Positions 49,706-58,650 of a stretch of 64,000 nt of DNA are shown piece by piece. The notes beneath the pieces are model-generated. The model ran no database searches and was not told the origin of the DNA. It was given only the letters and a program-made list of their open reading frames with translations. The stretch's first letter is position 1; the number at the start of each line of letters is the position of its first letter. The translations under genes and the position numbers were made by a program. Origin of the DNA: an uncultured bacterium (lineage in GTDB: Bacteria > Edwardsbacteria > AC1 > EtOH8); NCBI GenBank assembly GCA_963780225.1, contig CAWAAX010000003.1, positions 96,001 to 160,000 on the forward strand, given 5' to 3'.

Positions 49706-49960
49706 TCACTTTGTTTTATTGTGGGGCAGTTTGGGATCGGGCACCGGGTCGTACCCTCCGGGGTTGAAGGGGTGGCAGCGCAGTATCCTTTTTACCGCCA
49801 AAAGGGTTCCCCGGCCCGGTCCGTGAATGGTCACCGCCTCCAGGGCATACTGTGAGCAGGATGGGTGAAAGCGGCACGATCTGGGAAGCACGGCGCCCAG
49901 TGTCAGCTGATAGGCCCGGATGAAGAACAAGACCGCCTTGGTCAGCGCCCGGTTCAGCAT
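49706..49960 (-). CDS. yidD: Membrane protein insertion efficiency factor
   Basis: CRFHPSCSQY, RILRCHPF..GGYDPVP. Confidence 0.95.
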   Translation of the reverse strand: MLNRALTKAVLFFIRAYQLTLGAVLPRSCRFHPSCSQYALEAVTIHGPGRGTLLAVKRILRCHPFNPGGYDPVPDPKLPHNKTK

Positions 49961-50334
49961 GGCTGGTCCGGGCCGGCCGGTACCCTTAAAAGCCCGGCTT
50001 TTTCCAAAAGCTGGGGCAGGCCCGATTGTATCTGGGCATAAGTTAAGGGACGCTGGGCCACTATAAAAAGATCGAAGCCGGGTTTTATCAGGTGCTTGGT
50101 CCGGCGGTAGGCTTCGCGCATCCGGCGCTTGTTAAGGTTGCGCTCCACCGATCCGAAGCCCTTCTGGCGCTTGGTGGCAAAACCGGCCCGGCATCCCGTT
50201 CTTTGGGGATTGGACCGGTAAATAAGATTTAATCCCTGATGGCGGACCCGCAAGCCCTGCTCGAAAAGCCCGGAGATATCGCCCTCGGATTTCAGCCGTT
50301 CCTCTTTTTTAAAAGTATGCCTGATCTTATCCAA
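49954..50334 (-). CDS. rnpA: RNase P protein component
   Basis: FKKEERLK, SVERN..KRRMRE motif; synteny. Confidence 0.9.
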   Translation of the reverse strand: MDKIRHTFKKEERLKSEGDISGLFEQGLRVRHQGLNLIYRSNPQRTGCRAGFATKRQKGFGSVERNLNKRRMREAYRRTKHLIKPGFDLFIVAQRPLTYAQIQSGLPQLLEKAGLLRVPAGPDQPC

Positions 50335-50371
50335 TTCTCTTACTGCCTTAAGGTCCGAACCGTCAGACCGT

Positions 50372-50527
50372 TCAGATCAGATGGCGCTCGTCGGCCACGG
50401 TCAGCTTCTTGCGGCCTTTGGCTCTGCGGCGGGCCAGCACTTTGCGGCCGTCGGCGGTGGACATCCGTTTGCGGAATCCGTGGGTGCGGGCACGTTTGAC
50501 CCGGCTGGGCTGATAGGTCCTCTTCAT
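50372..50527 (-). CDS. rpmH: 50S ribosomal protein L34
   Basis: [51 protein letters not shown] (translated by hand). Confidence 0.97.
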   Translation of the reverse strand: MKRTYQPSRVKRARTHGFRKRMSTADGRKVLARRRAKGRKKLTVADERHLI

Positions 50528-51028
50528 TACTCCTCTTCTTCCTTCGTGGGCTTATTGAATTTTATTGTTAAAAGGTTGATTGTTTCAGGGATAAACATAT
50601 TATAATACAACATATTAAGGCAAAAAGTCAAGTAAAATCAACCGGGCCGGCCCGCGAAATACTGTCTGCCTGCCAACCATGAGATACCGGACAAATGAGG
50701 AACACCAGAAAGTTTATCCCAAAAGAGAGGCATTCCATTTTTATCAAGCAGGGATGATGGGAGAATATTTTCAAAGCGCTGTCAAAAAATTATAATCATC
50801 TTAGCTTATCCCGGACAGGGGGCGCAGCTTGCTTTTTTTGCTTGACTTTAGGGACCCTTTAATGGTATTCTAATCTGTTGTATCCTACAACTTAAGTAAT
50901 GTTTTTTTATTTTCCACAGAGTTGACCACAGAAAGCACATAAACCGTTATAACGTTACTACGTAATAACGTTAAACGTGTTTGATTTGGGAAGAATAACC
51001 ACTAAAAATCTTATATAAATAGCGGCCA

Positions 51029-52522
51029 ATGTTAGAAAAAACCATCTTTGAACTGTCTTCTTCCGGCCGGCAAGGCCACGCTTTACCCCAGTGCGACGTG
51101 CCGGAGAAACCCACCGGCTCCCTGATCCCCAAGGGTCAGTTGCGAGCCCAGGAGCCCGGACTGCCCCAGGTGGCGGAGATCGACGCCTTCCGGCATTTTG
51201 TCCGGCTGTCCACTTTGAACCATCACGTGGACAAGGGTTTTTATCCTTTGGGCTCCTGCACCATGAAGTACAATCCCAAGGTCAACGAGGACCTGTCGCG
51301 CCTGCCGGGTTTCACCGGCACCCACCCGCTCCAGGACCCAACTGATCTGCAGGGCGGCCTGCGGTTGATGAAGGAGCTGGGCGACTCGCTCTGCCAGATC
51401 TCCGGCCTGGACGCCGTCACCCTGCAGCCGGTGGCCGGGGCCCACGGCGAATATACCGCCATCATGATGATCCGGGCCTACCATCTTAAGAAGGGCAGGG
51501 TCCGCAGCAAGATACTGGTTCCCGATTCGGCCCACGGCACCAACCCGGCCACCACCACCCTTTCCGGTTACACGGCGGTGACCGTGAAATCCAACGCCGA
51601 CGGCCTGGTGGACCCCGAGGACCTTAAGGCCCACCTGGACGACGAAGTGGCCGGCCTGATGCTGACCAACCCCAACACCGTGGGGCTGTTCGAAAAGAAC
51701 ATCGTCCAGGTCACCAAGATGGTGCACGACATAGGCGGGCTGGTGTTCATGGACGGGGCCAACCTCAACGCCATGATGGGCATCGTCCGGCCCGGGGATT
51801 TCGGGATCGACGCCATGCACTTCAACCTCCACAAGACCTTCGCCACCCCCCACGGCGGCGGCGGGCCGGGAGGCGGCGGAGTGGCCTGCACCAAGGCGCT
51901 GGAGCCGTTCCTTCCTCTTCCAACTATTGCCACACGGAACGTTTCAAACGGTTCGAACGTTTCAAACGGTTTGAAACAGTTAGAGTACTATCTTGATTAT
52001 GAGAGACCGGACAGCATCGGCAAGGTTCACAGTTTCTTCGGCAACTTCGGGGTGATGGTCAAGGCCTACACCTACATCCGGATGCTGGGGGGCAAGGGCC
52101 TGCGCCGGGTCTCGGAGAATGCCATCATCAACGCCAATTACATCATGCGGTCGCTGGAGGGGATATACGACCTGCCGTTCAAGGCCCACTGCAAGCACGA
52201 GTGCGTGTTCTCCGGCCTCAAGTTCCGGGACAAGGGCATCAAGACCCTGGACATCGCCAAAAGGCTTTTGGACTACGGCTACCACGCGCCCACCGTCTAC
52301 TTCCCGCTAATAGTGCCCGAGGCCATCATGATCGAGCCCACCGAGACCGAGAGCCAGGAGACGCTGGACGAGTTCATCTCGGCCATGAAGAAGATAGCCG
52401 AAGAGATAGAGAAGACCCCGGAGATCGTTAAGAGCGCGCCCAACAACACGCCCATCGGGCGGCTGGACGATGCCAAGGCGGCCAAGGACCAGAAGCTGTG
52501 CTACCGCGGGGAGTGTTTGTAA
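51029..52522 (+). CDS. gcvPB: Glycine dehydrogenase (decarboxylating) subunit 2
   Basis: PLGSCTMKYNP, SAHGTNPA, DGANLNA, NLHKTFATPHGGGGPG, IEPTETE. Confidence 0.95.
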   Translation: MLEKTIFELSSSGRQGHALPQCDVPEKPTGSLIPKGQLRAQEPGLPQVAEIDAFRHFVRLSTLNHHVDKGFYPLGSCTMKYNPKVNEDLSRLPGFTGTHPLQDPTDLQGGLRLMKELGDSLCQISGLDAVTLQPVAGAHGEYTAIMMIRAYHLKKGRVRSKILVPDSAHGTNPATTTLSGYTAVTVKSNADGLVDPEDLKAHLDDEVAGLMLTNPNTVGLFEKNIVQVTKMVHDIGGLVFMDGANLNAMMGIVRPGDFGIDAMHFNLHKTFATPHGGGGPGGGGVACTKALEPFLPLPTIATRNVSNGSNVSNGLKQLEYYLDYERPDSIGKVHSFFGNFGVMVKAYTYIRMLGGKGLRRVSENAIINANYIMRSLEGIYDLPFKAHCKHECVFSGLKFRDKGIKTLDIAKRLLDYGYHAPTVYFPLIVPEAIMIEPTETESQETLDEFISAMKKIAEEIEKTPEIVKSAPNNTPIGRLDDAKAAKDQKLCYRGECL

Positions 52523-52560
52523 CTGACCACCAACGGTTCAAACCTTTTAAACTGTTTAAT

Positions 52561-52912
52561 ATGATATCCCAGGAACAAATAAATAATGTAGTGGACATCA
52601 TAGTGAAAAATGTTCACCCCGATCAGGTAATTCTTTTCGGGTCTTACGCCGCAGGTTCGCCTTCTCCGGACAGCGACTGGATATATTGGTGGTCAAGGAA
52701 TTTCTCCGGACAGCGACCTGGATATATTGGTGGTCAAGGACATGAACCTGCCCAGCCATCAACGGAGTCCCCAGGTCAAAAAATACTTAAGAGGCCTTAA
52801 AATTCCCATTGATCTGGTGGTCTGCACCAAAGGCGAGCTGGAAAAATGGCGGGGGGTCAAAACCACTTTTGCCAATGAAATATTAAAAAGAGGCAGGGTG
52901 GTTTATGGGTGA
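52561..52912 (+). pseudogene. Minimal nucleotidyltransferase (MNT) antitoxin, broken by a 40-nt tandem duplication
   Basis: LFGSYA...DSD(L)DILVV motif duplicated at 52662-52699 and 52702-52740. Confidence 0.8.
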
Positions 52913-53300
52913 AAAGGAAGAACTGGTCAAAGGGTGGCTTTACAAGGCCAAACATGACCTGGGCATGGCCAGACTGGCATTGGACGCCAAAAGCGGATAC
53001 AATGACTCCATTTGCTTTCATTGTCAGCAGGCGGCCGAAAAATATCTTAAAGCCTATCTGGTTTATCTGGATTTGGATTTTGCCAAGACCCACAGCATTG
53101 GCTATCTGCTGGACTTGATCGGCGAAAAGCAAAAAGTGCAGGATGATTTTTACGGCCAGCTTGAGAAATTAGAAGGCTACTCGGTGGCGGTGCGGTATCC
53201 GGACAGCGCCTTTGAGCCATCGGAGGAAGAAGCTGCGGAAGCTTACCGGATCGCCGAGTCGGTCAAGGATTTTATTTTTAAAAACATGCCTTTGGTTTGA
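52905..53300 (+). CDS. HEPN domain protein
   Basis: CFHCQQAAEKYLKA, KTHS, RYPD; overlaps MNT. Confidence 0.88.
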   Translation: MGEKEELVKGWLYKAKHDLGMARLALDAKSGYNDSICFHCQQAAEKYLKAYLVYLDLDFAKTHSIGYLLDLIGEKQKVQDDFYGQLEKLEGYSVAVRYPDSAFEPSEEEAAEAYRIAESVKDFIFKNMPLV

Positions 53301-53701
53301 TGATGAGAGATTCTATTTACATAGACGGCCAGATGCCCTCGCCCGAGCGGCAGAAGGAACTCTTAACCAAGATCGCCGACCAGATCGTCAAGCGCAAGCT
53401 GACCACTCCGGCCATCCTGTTCTTCGAGTCGGTCAAGCCGTTGTCCTTCGTGGGCAGCCAGGCCCTGGTCTTTCTGCAGCCCATCATCCAGGCCTTCCTC
53501 AACCGCCGGGAGTACGATGAGATCGTATTAATGATGGAGGAGCGGGAAAACGTGGAGAAACTGCTGTTGGAGATAGAAAACCAGGAGGCCCGGTGGCAGC
53601 AGAGGGAGAAGGCGGAGCGGGATGAGGCTAAGAAGTTGAGAAGTGCGGAAGGCAAGAAGACCTGGTTCCAGAGGTTCAAAAGTTTCATAGGCATCCGGTA
53701 G
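53300..53701 (+). CDS. Conserved hypothetical protein
   Basis: PAILFFESVKPLSFVGSQ amphipathic motif; host-like codon usage. Confidence 0.7.
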   Translation: MMRDSIYIDGQMPSPERQKELLTKIADQIVKRKLTTPAILFFESVKPLSFVGSQALVFLQPIIQAFLNRREYDEIVLMMEERENVEKLLLEIENQEARWQQREKAERDEAKKLRSAEGKKTWFQRFKSFIGIR

Positions 53702-53800
53702 GGGTTTGATTCATCAAACCGTGTAGGGGCGGATCATGATCCGCCCAGCACCCCCCGGCGGGAGAGGGGGAACCCTGTAGGGGCGAATCGTGATTCGCCC
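53698..53800. repeat. Cluster of three GTAG-led REP hairpins
   Basis: GTAG hairpins at 53698-53720, 53723-53746 and 53777-53800. Confidence 0.8.
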
Positions 53801-53850
53801 AAGGTTGGTTCAATGGAATATTAGGATTTTTGAAATTGAAGGAGCAAACC

Positions 53851-54075
53851 ATGTCCTATAAAATCAGCGTCATAATAGAAAAAGACGAAAACGGGTTTTA
53901 CGCTTACACTCCCGAACTCGAGGGCTGCCAGAGTCAGGGCGATACATTGGAGGAAGTGGTAAAAAACATCAAAGAAGCCGTGGAGCTTTACCTGGAAACT
54001 CTGACCAGGTCCGAGAAGAAGTCATTGTTAAGCAAAGAAATATTTTCCACCTCCTTAGAGGTTAAAGTTGCCTAA
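53851..54075 (+). CDS. hicB: HicB family antitoxin
   Basis: PELEGCQSQGDTLEE..KNIKEAVELYLE. Confidence 0.88.
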   Translation: MSYKISVIIEKDENGFYAYTPELEGCQSQGDTLEEVVKNIKEAVELYLETLTRSEKKSLLSKEIFSTSLEVKVA

Positions 54076-54271
54076 AGCGGCAAGGTTGACGGCAGCTGAA
54101 GCGGAAAAGACGCTTTTAAAAAACGGGTTTGAATTGCTCAGATCCAAGGGCAGTCATCGCATTTACTTTAGAAACGGCAAAAGACTGGTGATCCCTTTTC
54201 ATGGCAACCGGATATTGCACCCCAAAATCGTCAAGCAAATTTTAAAGGCCGTGGATGAAACGGCATCTTAA
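54068..54271 (+). CDS. hicA: HicA family toxin
   Basis: GFELLRSKGSHRIY, VIPFH. Confidence 0.88.
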   Translation: MPKAARLTAAEAEKTLLKNGFELLRSKGSHRIYFRNGKRLVIPFHGNRILHPKIVKQILKAVDETAS

Positions 54272-54322
54272 AGTAGTTAAGTAAACAAAAAATAGATCAC
54301 ATAAACATTCAGGAGACTCATA

Positions 54323-56155
54323 ATGGCAGTTGATCCCAACAAGCTGAAGGTAATTCTGGTCACCGACTGCGGCAGCACCACCACCAAGGCCATCCTCATC
54401 GAATACAAGAACGGCGAGTACCGCCAGACCACCCGGGGCGAGGCCCCCACCACGGTGGAGAAGCCCTTCGAGGACGTCACCAAGGGCGTGCTCAACGCGG
54501 TGCGCGAGGTGGAGGAGCTTTCCGGGCGCAAGATCCTGAAAGGCGACGATATCATGACCCCGGCCGACGGCATGAACGGCGTGGACATCTACATGTCCAC
54601 CAGCTCGGCCGGCGGCGGACTGCAGATGATGGTGGCCGGAGTGGTGAAAACCATGACCGGCGAGAGCGCCGCCCGGGCCGCCCTGGGCGCCGGGGCCATC
54701 GTAATGGACGTGCTGGCCTCCAACGACGGCCGCCTGCCCCACCAGCGGATCGAGCGGATCCGCCACCTGCGCCCCGACATGATCCTGCTGTCCGGCGGCA
54801 TCGACGGCGGCACCGTGACCCACGTGGCCGAGATGGCCGAGCTGATCGGGGCGGCCGACCCCAAGCCCCGGTTCGGCACCAGCTACATGCTGCCGGTGAT
54901 CTACGCCGGGAACAAGGACGCCCGGGAGATAGTCACCAAGACCTTGGGCGAAAAGACCGCCCTGCTGATCAAGGACAACCTGCGGCCGGTGCTGGAGCGC
55001 GAGAACCTTAAGCCCGCCCGGGACGCCATCCATGACGTCTTCATGGAACACGTGATGGCCCACGCCCCCGGCTACAAGAAACTGATGGCCATGGCCCACG
55101 AAGTTCCCATCATGCCCACCCCGGGCGCGGTGGGGCTGATGATCCAGTCCTTGGCCAAGGCCGACGACATCGCGGCGGTGGGCGTCGACATCGGTGGGGC
55201 CACCACCGACGTCTTCTCGGTCTTCTACGGGCTCAACGACAAGAAGGAGCGCGAGGCCACCTTCAACCGCACCGTCTCCGCCAACCTGGGCATGAGCTAT
55301 TCCATCTCCAACGTGCTGGCCGAGGCCGGCCTGGATAACATCATGCGCTGGGTGCCGTTTGAACTGGACGAGGCCGACCTGCGCAACCGGATCCGCAACA
55401 AGATGATCCGGCCGACCACCATTCCCCAAAGTCTGGAGGAACTGCAGATAGAGCAGGCCATCAGCCGCGAGGCCCTGCGCCTGGCCTTTAAGCAGCACAA
55501 GGAAATGGCGGTGGGCTTAAAGGGCGTGCAGCAGGAGCGGACCATCTCCGACGCCTTCGAGCAGACCGGCTCCGGCGACACTCTGATAAACATGATGGAC
55601 CTGAACATCCTGATCGGCTCCGGCGGCGTGCTTTCCCACGCCCCGCGCCGGGCCCAGTCGGCCCTGATGATGATCGACTCCTTTATGCCAGAGGGCATCA
55701 CCACCATGGCGGTGGACTCCATCTTCATGGCCCCGCACCTGGGGGTGCTCTCCACCGTCAACGCTCCGGCCGCCAACGAGGTGTTCATCAAGGACTGCCT
55801 GGTAAGGCTGGGCTCATCCATCTGTCCCTCCGGGCAGGGCAAGGAAGGCCAGCCCTGCGTCACAGTGCGCTTCACCCGGGCCGACGGCACCAAGGTGGAC
55901 GAGAGCATCAAGGTGGGCGAGATGAAGCTGATCCCGCTGGGGGTGGAAAAGGTCAAGGCCCAGATCATCCCGGCCAAGCAGTTCGACATCGGAGCCGGCA
56001 AGGGCAAGGAAATGGAAGTCACCCTGGAGGGCGGCACGGTGGGCGTGATCATAGACGGCCGGGGCCGGACCCTGCTGCTGCCGGCCGACAAGAAGGAGCG
56101 GATCAGAAAGCTCAACGAGTGGAACAAGGCGCTGGATATATATCCCGCCAAGTAA
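54323..56155 (+). CDS. GlmL/MutL-like (glutamate mutase L family) actin-fold ATPase
   Basis: DCGSTTTK, SSAGGGL, GGIDGG, DIGGATTDVFS, GSGGVL ASKHA motifs. Confidence 0.8.
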   Translation: MAVDPNKLKVILVTDCGSTTTKAILIEYKNGEYRQTTRGEAPTTVEKPFEDVTKGVLNAVREVEELSGRKILKGDDIMTPADGMNGVDIYMSTSSAGGGLQMMVAGVVKTMTGESAARAALGAGAIVMDVLASNDGRLPHQRIERIRHLRPDMILLSGGIDGGTVTHVAEMAELIGAADPKPRFGTSYMLPVIYAGNKDAREIVTKTLGEKTALLIKDNLRPVLERENLKPARDAIHDVFMEHVMAHAPGYKKLMAMAHEVPIMPTPGAVGLMIQSLAKADDIAAVGVDIGGATTDVFSVFYGLNDKKEREATFNRTVSANLGMSYSISNVLAEAGLDNIMRWVPFELDEADLRNRIRNKMIRPTTIPQSLEELQIEQAISREALRLAFKQHKEMAVGLKGVQQERTISDAFEQTGSGDTLINMMDLNILIGSGGVLSHAPRRAQSALMMIDSFMPEGITTMAVDSIFMAPHLGVLSTVNAPAANEVFIKDCLVRLGSSICPSGQGKEGQPCVTVRFTRADGTKVDESIKVGEMKLIPLGVEKVKAQIIPAKQFDIGAGKGKEMEVTLEGGTVGVIIDGRGRTLLLPADKKERIRKLNEWNKALDIYPAK

Positions 56156-56185
56156 GCCCTCCCTGCCCCTCCCCGCTGACGAATC

Positions 56186-56301
56186 AACAGTAAGGGCACG
56201 ATGCATCGTGCCCCAACGAAAAGGAACGTAAGGGCCGATATATCGGCCCCAACCGAAAAGAACAGTAAGGGCACGATGCATCGTGCCCCAACGAAAAGGA
56301 A
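56186..56301. repeat. Cluster of three REP-like hairpins
   Basis: gtaagggcacgatgcatcgtgccccaac twice (41-nt identical units) around gtaagggccgatatatcggccccaac. Confidence 0.85.
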
Positions 56302-56308
56302 AAAATAT

Positions 56309-57430
56309 ATGGCACATGCATATACTCCGGGACTTAAAGTAACCGAAAAAGCGGTGATCAAAAAGGACCGCCGGCTTCCCCTCAAGGGCCAGGTGCTGGT
56401 CAAGGTTGGCGACAAGGTTACGGCCGACCAGGTGGTGGCCAAGACCGAACTGCCGGGCAACGTCCAGACCCTGAACGTGGCCGGGCTCTTAGGCATCCTG
56501 CCCGAGGACGTCAGCTCCCACATGATCAAGAAGCCGGGCGACTCCGTCCAAAAGGACGAGGCCGTGGCCATCAGCAAGGGCTTCTTCGGGCTGTTCAAGT
56601 CCACCTGCAATTCGCCGGTGACCGGGACCATCGAATCCATCTCGCCCATCACCGGACAGGTGATACTGCGCGAGCCGCCCCTGCCGGTCCAGGTGAGGGC
56701 CTATGTGGACGGCCAGGTGGTGCAGGTCAACCCGGGCGAGGGGGTGGTGGTGGAGACCTTCGGCACCTTCGTTCAGGGCATCTTCGGCATCGGGGGCGAG
56801 GTCCACGGCCTGGTCAAAATGGCGGTGGATGATCCTTCCAAGGAACTGACTCCCGATCTGCTGACCCCGGACTGCAAGGGCAAGGTGGTGGTGGGCGGAT
56901 CGCTGATCAGGATCGCCGGAATGAAGAAAGCGGCCGAGGTGGGGGCCAGCGCGGTGGTGGTGGGCGGCATCAACGACGCCGACCTGAAGGCCCTGCTGGG
57001 TTACGACATCGGCGTGGCCATCACCGGCACCGAGGAAAAGGGCTTTACCCTGATGGTCACAGAGGGCTTCGGCCAGATGAACATGGCCAAGAAGACCTTT
57101 AATCTTTTAAAGTCCAAGGAGGGCTTAAAAGCCTCGGTCAACGGCGCCACCCAGATCCGGGCCGGGGTGATGAGGCCCGAGGTCATCATTCCGCTGACCG
57201 GCGGCGGCCAGGCCGACGAGGCCCAGAAACAGCAGGGCGGGATGGACATCGGCATGGCCATCCGCTGCATCCGCCAGCCCTACTTCGGCCTGATCGGAAA
57301 AGTTTCGGGCCTGCCGTCCGAACTGCAGAAGCTGGAATCGGAAAGCCACGCCCGGGTGCTGGAAGTCACCTTTGATGACGGAAGCAAGGTAGTGGTTCCC
57401 CGGGCCAACGTGGAGCTGATAGAGGACTAA
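56309..57430 (+). CDS. Conserved hypothetical protein with barrel-sandwich (lipoyl-like) motifs and a C-terminal KOW-like motif
   Basis: VKVGDKV, KPGDSV...SPVTGTI, AYVDGQV; IRCIRQPYFGLIGKV. Confidence 0.75.
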   Translation: MAHAYTPGLKVTEKAVIKKDRRLPLKGQVLVKVGDKVTADQVVAKTELPGNVQTLNVAGLLGILPEDVSSHMIKKPGDSVQKDEAVAISKGFFGLFKSTCNSPVTGTIESISPITGQVILREPPLPVQVRAYVDGQVVQVNPGEGVVVETFGTFVQGIFGIGGEVHGLVKMAVDDPSKELTPDLLTPDCKGKVVVGGSLIRIAGMKKAAEVGASAVVVGGINDADLKALLGYDIGVAITGTEEKGFTLMVTEGFGQMNMAKKTFNLLKSKEGLKASVNGATQIRAGVMRPEVIIPLTGGGQADEAQKQQGGMDIGMAIRCIRQPYFGLIGKVSGLPSELQKLESESHARVLEVTFDDGSKVVVPRANVELIED

Positions 57431-57509
57431 GAACACTTACCGCCGTCTTTGGGTCCCTGACAAACATATCATCATACAGCCATGAATCACATTCATTAAA
57501 GCTATTGCC

Positions 57510-57779
57510 GTGTTATCAAAACAGAAGAACATCATTCCTTTGATTTTGTCCGGCGGCCTTCTGGTACTGTGGTTTGTGGCTTCATTTTTTTCCGGACGTA
57601 ATCCCTGGGGCTCAGATCTTTTAAAATATCGTTATTGGAGCGCAATTAAACTTCAACTTAAGCCGTATGGTTTGATCTGGGAATGCTTCAAAAAAGCCGT
57701 CAAATCCGGGATAGAAGACAGTCTCCTTTTAACGGAATATCAGCAAGCCTTAGCGGCTCTGCCGGAAAGCATCAAATGA
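57510..57779 (+). CDS. Short hypothetical ORF or gene remnant
   Basis: One transmembrane segment, AT-rich, ATGA overlap with the ligase gene. Confidence 0.35.
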   Translation: MLSKQKNIIPLILSGGLLVLWFVASFFSGRNPWGSDLLKYRYWSAIKLQLKPYGLIWECFKKAVKSGIEDSLLLTEYQQALAALPESIK

Positions 57780-58531
57780 TCTGGCGTTTTTTAAATACCG
57801 GCCGGTCGGACGGCGCTTACAATATGGCTTTGGACCTGGCCCTTGCCGAATCGGTCCGGAATAAAACCTCGGGGCCAGTGCTCCGTTTTTACGACTGGGA
57901 GCAGCCTACCATATCCTTGGGATACAATCAGGACGCGGAACAGCTGGATCTGGAAGCCTGCCGCCAGGCTGGGGTCAAAGTGGTGCGGCGGCCCACCGGC
58001 GGCCGGGCGGTATTCCATTATAACGAATTTACCTACAGCGTCATCGCGCTACAAGATGATCCTCTTTTGGGTGGGCCGGTATTAAATACCTATCGCACCA
58101 TCGCTCAGGCCCTGGTGATGGGATTAAAGCAACTGGGAATAGAATCCGAGCTGCAGCGCTCCCAAAGCGCCGGGGCCAGCGTCAAAGATTCGCCGCTGTG
58201 TTTTGCCGCGGCCGGCCGCTACGAGATAACGGCCTCGGGCAAAAAAATTCTGGGCAGCGCCCAGCGCCGGATACAGGGAATGATCCTGCAGCAGGGATCA
58301 TTGCTTTTGGCTCAGGATCAGAACCTGGCGCCGTTCTACCGCCAGGGGGTCGAAGCCAACGCCACCACGGCCGAAGAACTGCTGGGCAGGAAGGTCGGTT
58401 TTGAACAGGCGGCCGGTTGTATGCTGCAGGGATTTAAGCTGGCCTGGGAGGCGGAGTTTTCCCAGGATTACGTAACTTCCTCCGAGCAAGAGGAAGCAGG
58501 AAAATATATAGCCCAGGTGAATATTTTATAA
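57776..58531 (+). CDS. Lipoate-protein ligase / octanoyltransferase (LplA/LipM family)
   Basis: NMALD, ISLGYNQ, VRRPTGGRAVFH, KILGSAQ, QQGS. Confidence 0.88.
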   Translation: MIWRFLNTGRSDGAYNMALDLALAESVRNKTSGPVLRFYDWEQPTISLGYNQDAEQLDLEACRQAGVKVVRRPTGGRAVFHYNEFTYSVIALQDDPLLGGPVLNTYRTIAQALVMGLKQLGIESELQRSQSAGASVKDSPLCFAAAGRYEITASGKKILGSAQRRIQGMILQQGSLLLAQDQNLAPFYRQGVEANATTAEELLGRKVGFEQAAGCMLQGFKLAWEAEFSQDYVTSSEQEEAGKYIAQVNIL

Positions 58532-58650
58532 AAACGTAATTTTTTTATTGACAGATTTATTGTTTTGGCTTACACTGATAGGTTAATAGGTTAAAAAAAG
58601 ACACTTTTTTAGTTAAACTAAAACCATCTAATTTAAAAACGCAGAGCGTT

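Noticed and set aside
56186..56301. Possible mini CRISPR array
   Set aside because: Units are self-complementary REP-like hairpins separated by about 10 nt, with no unique spacers and no cas genes.
56201..56308. Repeated N-terminal peptide MHRAPTKR of the 409-aa ORF
   Set aside because: It is translated REP DNA; the likely start is the ATG at 56309.
54242..56652. 418-aa and 451-aa minus-strand ORFs
   Set aside because: Antisense shadows of the GlmL-like gene and its neighbour, caused by codon bias.
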